The notes beneath the pieces were generated by a model. The model was not told the DNA's origin, did not search any database, and worked only from the letters and a program-made list of their open reading frames with translations. This document shows positions 1 through 8,159 of a stretch of 64,000 bases of DNA, in pieces. The stretch spans positions 32,001 to 96,000 of the forward strand of contig JAVLKG010000004.1 in the NCBI GenBank assembly GCA_032128875.1. The letters are read 5' to 3'. Position numbers and translations under genes: made by a program. The stretch is from Candidatus Melainabacteria bacterium 17Bon1m. GTDB lineage: Bacteria > Cyanobacteriota > Vampirovibrionia > Obscuribacterales > Obscuribacteraceae. How positions within the stretch are numbered: position 1 is the first letter of the stretch; each line of letters opens with the position of its first letter.

Positions 1-734
1 GCAAAGAGCAAATCACCGGATTTATCGACGTTTGCCCAATCGAAACGACCTAGAAAAGAGTCATCGCCCGTTTTGCTCTCGTGGAGATAGTAGTCTGTCG
101 TAGTGGCACTTCCGCCGTTTTCAACGAAACCTAGAATGCGCATTTCCAATTCATAACGACCAAGAGATTCAATTGGTTTGCGGTAGATTTGCGGTGATGC
201 GAACTTCTGGTACCCACTAGAAATGCCCTTATCCACAAGAGACCACCCATCTAATGTGAGCGCTTTGTGTTCGTGAAACTCTTCATCCTTTGATAAGGGA
301 ACTACTCTGATATGTCCAGGCAAGGGATTTTTTGGTCCCAAAATCCAGGAATGATAGGAGATCTTTATCTGTGATTCAGATGCAAAGTAACCGCCGCCGT
401 CAGAGCATCCGCAAACTCTCCACAAATTTATAGCGGTCAAGAATGGTGGCTTGCTAACAATGAGAAAAGAGCCCTTATTCTCGCTTTTGTACTGGTGCTT
501 TTCACCTATGTAAATGAGCTTTTCCCCATTTGGAGAAAGTGCCGCCATGCGCTCATAAATACGTCCCTTAAGCCATTGACCGGGCTCAAAGGTATCATTC
601 CAGGTATCCCATCTATAAATCTGAACTAGCTTTGATGGACCCCGCCTAAAAACAACACCCCATGGCCCCTCACTTGCGAGCAGCGCATACAGCCTTACAG
701 ATGGTTGCGGGTTAGCGACTTTTGCGGCGCCCAT
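1..734 (-). CDS. Conserved hypothetical protein, 3' end runs off the window (absent from the ORF track)
   Basis: Manual translation from ATG at 734, preceded by SD GAGGAGGTG, is open to base 1: MGAAKVANPQPSVRLYALLASEGPWGVVFRRGPSKLVQIYRWDTWNDTFEPGQWLKGRIYERMAALSPNGEKLIY...SKPPFLTA...DGGGYF...FDWANVDKSGDLLF. Confidence 0.8.
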   Translation of the reverse strand, partial: MGAAKVANPQPSVRLYALLASEGPWGVVFRRGPSKLVQIYRWDTWNDTFEPGQWLKGRIYERMAALSPNGEKLIYIGEKHQYKSENKGSFLIVSKPPFLTAINLWRVCGCSDGGGYFASESQIKISYHSWILGPKNPLPGHIRVVPLSKDEEFHEHKALTLDGWSLVDKGISSGYQKFASPQIYRKPIESLGRYELEMRILGFVENGGSATTTDYYLHESKTGDDSFLGRFDWANVDKSGDLLF

Positions 735-1185
735 TTTTTCACCTCCTCACCTTCCAGCTTACAAGAGCCCTGGTCGAAACATCAGAATGGATTGAACTTA
801 TCCGCGTTGCGGGTTGATTTCGGCAGAATTTAGGTTCACCATTGAGACAAGCATTCGTTAGTAGCAATCCAGATTCGTGCAGGTACATCAATGCGCCATA
901 TTGAAGAACCGACAGGTGCGCAAAAATTGCCAATGGGCACCTGTAAAAAAGCAATTTTGGAGATCAAAAGTGGCTCGTGATGCTGATTCATGACATGATT
1001 TTGGAAGGGAATGCCTTTAAGCTGCCACTGGGCCCGATTGATTCGTATTCGGCGCCCCTCTCCTTTTTTTTGAGCACCCCTATTAAGAGCCATGGGCGCA
1101 CCGATACGAGAAATCGGCGCCTTTGGCCTTTATCCTGCCTCCGGACCTACGGGCAAAGGCAAAAATGGATAATTATGGGGTACCT

Positions 1186-1385
1186 GCTCAAATTTTCGCT
1201 CCGAAATCATATGAGAAATCCCCCGCCCCCATCTGCCGCTCTGCCCGAATACCGTCGAGCATGGGTCCCGGAGTGAAGGTTGCCGGAGGCATCCGAAGGA
1301 CTCGACCTTCGCTCTGGGTGTTCGGCGGTAGGCTGTTTGCCCGGCAGAATTAGCGGGGGCTACCTTTCGGATTTTGCGCCTGAGT
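1186..1385 (+). other. Long imperfect hairpin, candidate structured RNA or ssDNA element
   Basis: Nested arms: 1267-1282/1303-1318 (16 bp, 3 G.U), CCGAATA/TGTTCGG, TCTGCCG/CGGCAGA, CCCCCGC/GCGGGGG, TCCGAAA/TTTCGGA. Confidence 0.5.
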
Positions 1386-1429
1386 TATGATGCATTTGGT
1401 GGGAAGCAAGGCGATTGGCTTTAGTGAGT

Positions 1430-3667
1430 ATGTTTCTAAAATCGTTAGTTCTGTCGCTTCTTGTTGCGTCTGCCAGTACTTCTGCGAGCGCGACTGATGC
1501 GAGTAACCTGCCATCTGAGCAGGCGACAGATTCACGAATCAAAGCGACGGCAAGAAGTGTTAACGACCTTTCATTGCGAATTATGCAGAGGCTAGTTTCA
1601 GAGAAAACTCCGCGCACGATTGTAATCTCTCCAATTGGTTTGGCGAACTGCTTGAATGCTGTTGCTCTCGGTGCGGGAGGAGATACTCGGAGCGAACTGC
1701 GAAAGGTGTTTTTGAATTCAGAGCTAAATGAGCAAGACTTTGGAACGCTTCAAAAATTTGTTTTGACACCGACAAATGGTGTTGATGTCTCATCTGCAAG
1801 TGCCATGGTGACAGCGAGGGATGTAAAGCTTAAGCCATTGTTTCTAAAGAGCTTTGAAAGCAGTTATGGGGGAACAGCTATCTCCGCTTCAAGCGCCGAG
1901 AATATTAACCAGCGACTCAACGATTGGATTCGAGTCAAAGCTCACGGCATGTTCGATGGTGCCTATCCCCCTATGAAGCCTCACGAGATTAGACTTCTGA
2001 ATGCACTCTACTTTAATGGCAAATGGATTGACCAGTTTGAAGGTAAGGCAACGAAGATCGAGAAGTTTTTTGAGACGGAAAGCTCTCCAATCTCGGTTGA
2101 GATGATGCACAAATCGCTTGAAATGGCGATGTTCTATGGAGAATCCGATGGTAGCCAAATTGTGCGGATGCCGTATGGACCTCCGCACTCAAACCCATTA
2201 ATGCCATTTGCAATGTATGTGGTTCTGCCAAGAAAAGGGCAGTCGCCAGAACAGCTGCTAAGCATGATCTCAGTAGAAAAACTTGAGAGCCAAATCTCTT
2301 CAATGCGTCCACGTGTTGGCGAGCTTTCATTACCGCGTTTTTCACTGCTTGCGAAAAACTCATTTAAGGAACCATTGGCGCAACTTGGCATACGACAAGC
2401 CTTTTCCGCTCCTAAAGCAAACTTTTCTGAAATTACTGACAGTAAACCTCTGTGGCTAGGTGATCTAAACCAAAACATCAGCCTCCTAGTAAACGAACAA
2501 GGAACAGAAGCTGCTGTTTTAACAGATGCGGTCTATTTCCTCGGACCAAATCCATCAAAGCGCTTTGAAATGAATGTGAATCGACCGTTCGTTTTTTTCG
2601 TAAGGGATGATCGAAGTGGAACAATCGTACTGCTTGGAGTTGTACATAAACCACTGATGGAACGCGCTGTCACGGAAGCGGCAGAAACGGAGTTGTTGCG
2701 AAATCTAGATGAGGACGAATCGAAGTGGGCTGTTCTCACTGGTGACGAAAAAAAGGAAGCACACTGGAAACTTGAGAGAGAATTGCGTGGGGCTCGCGAT
2801 TATTTCGTTTCCAAAAGCGACTTTCGGCAAGCAATCCAAATATCTAATCGGTTGATGCACATAGAAAAGCCACATTGCTCTGCACTTTATCAACACGCAT
2901 TCATCCAACTTGCGCTTGGAAATACGGCTGCCGCTGAGTCCACATTTAAAGACATTTTGAAACTCTATGCAGAGGCAAAGGGTAGCTTCGAAAAGACGCG
3001 ACCAGAATGGCTTGAGGCATTTGATAAATACGATGCGATGCTATCGAGCAAGAATCCGAAGGACCCTGAGCGCGCCCCAGTGTTGGCAGCTAAGGAGAGC
3101 TTCTTGATTCAGGACGTAAAGGACGATGTGTTCGTGAAGGAAGGGGTTGTTGGTGCATGGAGGCGTGATCTCTCAACCATCGGAGTTCCAGATGAAGTCA
3201 GCAAAATTACTTTCGATCAATTCATTGAGCGTTTTGACAAGGACACTGCATTGCTTTCAAAAGACATTGTTTCTTTACGTCTGGCGCTGAAGGAAGATAA
3301 GAGCGCGCTTCAATGGAAACCTAGTATGTGTCAGGGCGATCGCATATCCCGTCTTGGGCAATCTCAATCCGCTTTGGCACATTTCTACAGTGAACATGGA
3401 AGTGCCCATACAGCAATTCAGTTGTTTGAACTTTGTGTAATCAATAACATTGAAGATGATTATGTTGAAGGTGTGGAACGCGATCTATCAGACTTGATTG
3501 AAATTCTGAATGCGAACGGCTTCAAAAGTGAAGCGAAGATGGTTTCGCAGCGCCAGTCCCAATTGATGCCAATTGTGCATGAGTACTTGGAACTTCATCT
3601 TAAATGGGAAGAGCTCAAAAAAGAAGAGCAAAGGCGATGGCATGAAACTCCGCACACCAGCAATTAG
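1430..3667 (+). CDS. Secreted serpin fused to a ~340-aa C-terminal helical/TPR-like region
   Basis: Signal peptide (MFLKSLVLSLLVASASTSASA); serpin motifs IVISPIGL, LLNALYFNGKW, LPRF, VNEQGTEAA, NRPFVFFVRDDRSGTIVLLGVV; ATG at 1430 preferred over TTG at 1415. Confidence 0.85.
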   Translation: MFLKSLVLSLLVASASTSASATDASNLPSEQATDSRIKATARSVNDLSLRIMQRLVSEKTPRTIVISPIGLANCLNAVALGAGGDTRSELRKVFLNSELNEQDFGTLQKFVLTPTNGVDVSSASAMVTARDVKLKPLFLKSFESSYGGTAISASSAENINQRLNDWIRVKAHGMFDGAYPPMKPHEIRLLNALYFNGKWIDQFEGKATKIEKFFETESSPISVEMMHKSLEMAMFYGESDGSQIVRMPYGPPHSNPLMPFAMYVVLPRKGQSPEQLLSMISVEKLESQISSMRPRVGELSLPRFSLLAKNSFKEPLAQLGIRQAFSAPKANFSEITDSKPLWLGDLNQNISLLVNEQGTEAAVLTDAVYFLGPNPSKRFEMNVNRPFVFFVRDDRSGTIVLLGVVHKPLMERAVTEAAETELLRNLDEDESKWAVLTGDEKKEAHWKLERELRGARDYFVSKSDFRQAIQISNRLMHIEKPHCSALYQHAFIQLALGNTAAAESTFKDILKLYAEAKGSFEKTRPEWLEAFDKYDAMLSSKNPKDPERAPVLAAKESFLIQDVKDDVFVKEGVVGAWRRDLSTIGVPDEVSKITFDQFIERFDKDTALLSKDIVSLRLALKEDKSALQWKPSMCQGDRISRLGQSQSALAHFYSEHGSAHTAIQLFELCVINNIEDDYVEGVERDLSDLIEILNANGFKSEAKMVSQRQSQLMPIVHEYLELHLKWEELKKEEQRRWHETPHTSN

Positions 3668-4436
3668 TACGGCACTGATTCTCTTTTGCACATTTGCAAC
3701 TCCCAGTGTTGTGCTTGCAGGAGAAACTTCTTCAACTGGCAACCAGATTCATCGGTTGCCTCAAAAAAAGGATGGCTCTGAGATCGAATGGTACCAGGCG
3801 GTCCAGTCATTCCTGAAGTACAAGGATTGTTCCGTTGACGATTGGAAGATGTTTCTCTCTGACTTTGGATGTGAGATAAACGAATATAATCCTGAAAGGA
3901 GAGAACTTTACCTGGAACTCGCTCTAAGAATCCTTAGCAAGACAGGATTTCGTTTTGGCGCGCATAGCATGGAAAGCAGAATGGCTCACTTGAATTATGC
4001 CAGTGCGTTAGCTTTGTCAGAGCAATGCCGAAAGGCTTGGGATGAGTACGATGCAGTTGCTCCCGATCTCAAAGTGGAAAATGTAGATTATCTTGTTGCA
4101 TCACTGTGTTCATTAGGCCTTGCGTTTCGAGCAAATTGCCGAAGTAGTGACGTGATCTATGCATTCCGGCTTGGCGATGAGATCATTAGCAGCAGTAAGG
4201 TGACTGAGGATGTTCAAGCGAGGTTTTACAATTCCGCAAGCGAGGCGGTTTACGTCTCAGATCGTTGTAAGGACGATAACATCAAGCCTTTTTATAGGTA
4301 TGCAGAGAAAGCGATTCAACTCGATGAAAAGCTAGGCAAAGCATACTTCAATCAACTGAGAGAGGTCATACGGCTTAGGAACATTCAATTGCAAAGTGAC
4401 GAAGAACACCGAAAGTGGGCTGAAAAGCATAAGTAA
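3642..4436 (+). CDS. Exported hypothetical helical-repeat protein
   Basis: ATG at 3642 gives a signal peptide (MKLRTPAISTALILFCTFATPSVVLA) and overlaps the end of the serpin gene. Confidence 0.7.
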   Translation: MKLRTPAISTALILFCTFATPSVVLAGETSSTGNQIHRLPQKKDGSEIEWYQAVQSFLKYKDCSVDDWKMFLSDFGCEINEYNPERRELYLELALRILSKTGFRFGAHSMESRMAHLNYASALALSEQCRKAWDEYDAVAPDLKVENVDYLVASLCSLGLAFRANCRSSDVIYAFRLGDEIISSSKVTEDVQARFYNSASEAVYVSDRCKDDNIKPFYRYAEKAIQLDEKLGKAYFNQLREVIRLRNIQLQSDEEHRKWAEKHK

Positions 4437-4510
4437 TGGAAAAGCTGAAACTCTTTCCGATCTCAGTGAGAGATACGACAATGAGGGAACGGAGACAATT
4501 GTAATTTCGT

Positions 4511-5209
4511 TCATTCGCCTTTGGGTGGTAGGGGTGGAGGTTCTTTTGGTGTAAGTCTAGCTACGTTTAAAAATTCCTTTTCGCAGGCTTGTAAAATTGG
4601 TTCAAACACTTCTGCATCGGTATGAGAGCCAGTATTAAAATCATAGACCAGCAGTCGTATCAAACTCTCAATTGTTGGGCGCGCGATTGGAAAGTGAACC
4701 CTCTCCATGTCCTTTGGCCGTGTTGCAGAACCGTTCTTCCAAACTCCGTTTACATGCAAATGTGACTGAGGATAATGTGTTTTTGGAACTCGATTCATTT
4801 CTATTCTGAAAAATTGATCTATTCCGAGATTATCGCTTTGGTAAACCATTCTGGAAGATTCAGTTTTTAGATAGCTGTGGTCTGATTTGTCCAGAAAAAG
4901 GCTGTATTGAAGGTCCAGAAAAAATCCATTCTTCAGTTTCAAGCAAGAGTAGATTTCGCTCCCTTCCGCGGCAGCTTCGAATTCACTACTGTTTCTACGA
5001 TGTGGAGCAATTACAAATGAATCAGTCCAATTGACAGAATGAATCGTCAGAAATGCCTTTGCATCCAAAACAGTATTGCCCAGCAAAAGCATGAGCAGTT
5101 CGTGAAAACTGTAAATGGCATTTTCCCCACCTTGGAGTGTCTCTCGGGTGAGCCTTATTGCTTGTGACTTAAATTCTTCAGGCTGCAACGCTTTCGGTGC
5201 AAATTCCAA
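4511..5209 (-). CDS. Hypothetical protein with FRIE...YPQSHLHVNG...HFP motifs (possible toxin/nuclease)
   Basis: 232-aa ORF overlapping the small upstream gene; His-rich conserved-looking motifs. Confidence 0.7.
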   Translation of the reverse strand: MEFAPKALQPEEFKSQAIRLTRETLQGGENAIYSFHELLMLLLGNTVLDAKAFLTIHSVNWTDSFVIAPHRRNSSEFEAAAEGSEIYSCLKLKNGFFLDLQYSLFLDKSDHSYLKTESSRMVYQSDNLGIDQFFRIEMNRVPKTHYPQSHLHVNGVWKNGSATRPKDMERVHFPIARPTIESLIRLLVYDFNTGSHTDAEVFEPILQACEKEFLNVARLTPKEPPPLPPKGE

Positions 5210-5378
5210 TCAGCTTAAGAAGTCCGATAATGTCACTGTCCTTGCAGCGATCAACTTCGTTTTCTTTCAGCTTTTGAATGTAACTGTCAAAAGCTATGCC
5301 GTAACGCTTGTAGGCCAAAACAGTCACGATTTCAGTGACTTCTTCTTTTGTCCATTGATGTTTTGCGACTTCTGCCAT
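5178..5378 (-). CDS. Small helical hypothetical protein (antitoxin-like position)
   Basis: 66-aa ORF from ATG 5378 (MAEVAKHQWTKEEVTEIV...), overlapping the next gene by 32 nt. Confidence 0.6.
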   Translation of the reverse strand: MAEVAKHQWTKEEVTEIVTVLAYKRYGIAFDSYIQKLKENEVDRCKDSDIIGLLKLIGICTESVAA

Positions 5379-5479
5379 AGCTAGATCCTTCAAGTATTTC
5401 TCATTGTACTTCGCCGCCTTTCCCTTTGCAACAGGATGTTAAGCGAACTGATTAAATCCAGCATTGCGCCTAGGAAAGC

Positions 5480-6550
5480 CTATGTGATTTCACTTGAATC
5501 CTGATCATTGCCCCAGAAAAGGAAATATTTCGGCTCGTATGATTCCTGAAAGAGCTTGTTGATACCATCTGCGAACGGTCCCGATGCTTGAAGTCGAGGG
5601 GTATTCCGCTTCCTCCAACTCGGGTTTTTTGCAAGTAGTTCTCTTGCCCAGTCGAACTCATTTGTTGGTGAGTACAGATAGCGGTTTGAATGATAAAGGT
5701 GCATCCGATTGAAGTAGTCCACACCCTCCTCTCTAAGGCGCATGCACTTTCCGTCGATTTTTTCAAATTCTCGAAAGAAAGATCTTTCGAGGAGGGATAA
5801 GTGAACATTCGGCGACAAGTTAATCATCAATTGAGATCCCTTGGAGAGAATGCCTTGCCCTCCATTCTCATCTTCTGCTCGCGGTACAAACAAGACAGGT
5901 GTGTCGCAGGTGATAAGTTTCCTGCTGTTGGTTGCACTGAACATCCAAACAAATTTATGGAGTTCAGGACCCGCAGCAATTCCTGAATTGAACGTAGACA
6001 AAACATGATGGCCTGCTTTAGCCTCTTTGCTGAGCTGTACATCAAAATCTTGTTCATCAGTGATCTCAACACCATTAGCTTGCAGCTCAGCAATGTACTG
6101 TGCTTTGAGCGATGCTCTAGCAAATGCGATTGATTCTTCCTTCTTGTCTGGAGTCCTTAGATACTGAACGGCTAGAAAGAAACCGAGTTTGATGCGCTCT
6201 TTTTTGTGTAACAGTCGCTCAGACGTGTATGGCAAAGTCTTTTTTCCAATAAATGCATTGACTTTACTTATGAGCATGTCGATAATCGGCTGTCCAAGGT
6301 CTTCTACTTCCTTAAAAGCTCTTTCGCTAATCTGATAGTTCTCTGGCTTACTGGGATCTCTGTCGACGCTTTTCATGTCGTAGAAATACTGAACACACGC
6401 AGTCTTGCTGATAGCGTTTTCAAAACTTCGATCATCCCATTTGTCAAAGACAAAAATTTTCCCCGGTTTGCTTGAAAATCTTTCCAAGCTTTTTTGAGGA
6501 ACAAAGTGTTGCTTTTTTGCTGTCTGTGGCAAAGGAGAATTTTGAAGCAT
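5480..6550 (-). CDS. DUF4238-family protein
   Basis: N-terminal KKQHFVPQKSLERF, F-Y motif, LAVQYLRTP, LITCDTPV, INLSPNVHL, all typical of DUF4238. Confidence 0.8.
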   Translation of the reverse strand: MLQNSPLPQTAKKQHFVPQKSLERFSSKPGKIFVFDKWDDRSFENAISKTACVQYFYDMKSVDRDPSKPENYQISERAFKEVEDLGQPIIDMLISKVNAFIGKKTLPYTSERLLHKKERIKLGFFLAVQYLRTPDKKEESIAFARASLKAQYIAELQANGVEITDEQDFDVQLSKEAKAGHHVLSTFNSGIAAGPELHKFVWMFSATNSRKLITCDTPVLFVPRAEDENGGQGILSKGSQLMINLSPNVHLSLLERSFFREFEKIDGKCMRLREEGVDYFNRMHLYHSNRYLYSPTNEFDWARELLAKNPSWRKRNTPRLQASGPFADGINKLFQESYEPKYFLFWGNDQDSSEIT

Positions 6551-6556
6551 TTGAGA

Positions 6557-7606
6557 CTACATCGGTATGCCGTTAAGGTTATTGAAAAGGCTATAGTTTG
6601 ATGCTGTGTCGAGGACAAACCGCCCTTGAGCAAGCTGGGTCATTTTTCTCTCCATCGTGTCAAATTGATGCCCAATTCCAAACGATCCTCGGTTCCCTGT
6701 GCGAAATGGATATGGTCCGATGAGTACTTCATAACGGCAGTGTGCAAACAACGAAAGTTCAACCTTAATCTTATTCAGCTTCTCGAACACGCGCAAAAGA
6801 TGGAAGGGGATATAGTCCCTTCCTTCATATCCAGGCACTGTAAATCCATGTGGGGTAACAATGACCGGAGACTTTCCTTGAGCACGTATAGCGAAGTCCC
6901 TTATCTTGTCGAATGCTTCTTCATACAAAATGTCTCTAAATCCAGACTCTATCGCGCAGAAAGAAAAGTAATTGAAGGCGATTTTCGCTATTACTCTCTG
7001 CAAGTCGCGATCTATTCTTGAGTCGAACTCTATCTCAAGATTGCCATTGTAATTTAGTGTTTCACTATCACTTGCATTGAACTTCCTGTCGATGCCCCGC
7101 TTCCTAAGTTCACCTATGACTTCGCCGATTCCATCCTCTCCCTGTCCAAAGGCAGTAATTGAAAACTCACGTGAGCCAAGCCATTTGAACCTATTGCTAA
7201 AGCCTTTGTCATCCCTTAGTCCTTCAAGGAAAATTATTTGCTGCTTACCGTCCTTCCTTTCAAAGATAACCTGAGGAAGTAGTTGAACTTCGCCAGTGAC
7301 CGGATTCACTGTAGGAAAAACTCTTCCCAGCAGCGTTTGCACGCCAGTGAGTTTATTTGTCATTTTCATGCGCGTCTTACGAAGGCAAACTGATCGATCT
7401 TGTCGGACTCGAAACAGTGCTGCGATGAATCCTTCAATGCTGTCTTCCTTGAAGACAGTCTCCAACTTGCTGAAGATTCTGTTGCAGACATCGCAAACGT
7501 CTCTAAGAATCAATGACTCCCCCGAGAACGTTCCAAGAAACTGCGGGATTACATGCTCTCTGCCGTTAAAAGGGACATCTGTTTTTAAACAATATATGCA
7601 ACGCAT
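6557..7606 (-). CDS. HNH endonuclease (HNH_5-type zinc-binding N-terminus)
   Basis: CIYC...REHVIPQFLG...VCDVCNRIFSKLE; C-terminal RVIAKIAFNYF motif. Confidence 0.8.
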   Translation of the reverse strand: MRCIYCLKTDVPFNGREHVIPQFLGTFSGESLILRDVCDVCNRIFSKLETVFKEDSIEGFIAALFRVRQDRSVCLRKTRMKMTNKLTGVQTLLGRVFPTVNPVTGEVQLLPQVIFERKDGKQQIIFLEGLRDDKGFSNRFKWLGSREFSITAFGQGEDGIGEVIGELRKRGIDRKFNASDSETLNYNGNLEIEFDSRIDRDLQRVIAKIAFNYFSFCAIESGFRDILYEEAFDKIRDFAIRAQGKSPVIVTPHGFTVPGYEGRDYIPFHLLRVFEKLNKIKVELSLFAHCRYEVLIGPYPFRTGNRGSFGIGHQFDTMERKMTQLAQGRFVLDTASNYSLFNNLNGIPM

Positions 7607-7897
7607 AATCAAGACTCGCTGCCAGAGTTGTAGCTTCTAAGCTATTTGGTATGCTCTCAAGATAACATTTCCGCATTTGCCACCGCCAGCGTGTCCAATT
7701 TTAGTGGTATCGCACTCGATATCACTTTTGCTGTGGATTGGATATCTGACGCGGATTTCTGGAAACGTATATATACGGAAGTTGGTGGCGTCACCTCTTC
7801 CAGTAGCTGTGCTTTCTAATTGATTAACCTTCACTCAATTTGACGTCAAAAAGGCCTCCATTAGGCCTCCGTGAATAAGAGCAAAGTCTGAAAACCT

Positions 7898-7969
<72 letters not shown>

Positions 7970-8159
7970 ACAGGCTATTCATTATATATGTATGTCCGCA
8001 GAACGAGAACTGACGGCAGCCGGATTTGTAACGCCCGGTTGGCCTGGAAAGCGGGCGCATTGCGGGTGCCTTAGACAGAAATATAACTAGAGATTGTCTT
8101 CTGCAAACTGTTTTGATCTCTTGGTAACCGGGTATAAAGTCTAAGCATAATAAGGTTGG

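Larger units (their letters stand above)
1..7897. mobile_element. Putative tRNA-Thr-anchored genomic island (right part; no integrase in this window)
   Basis: Only accessory genes (serpin fusion, DUF4238, HNH, orphans), visibly more AT-rich than the core genes, no GTAG REP copies noticed, located directly 3' of a tRNA gene. Confidence 0.6.

Noticed and set aside
1094-1364. Fragments resembling a c-di-GMP-I riboswitch (GCCTCCGG, TAGCGGGGGCTACC)
   Set aside because: The GCAAA junction and GAAA loop/receptor arrangement are missing and the fragments are too far apart
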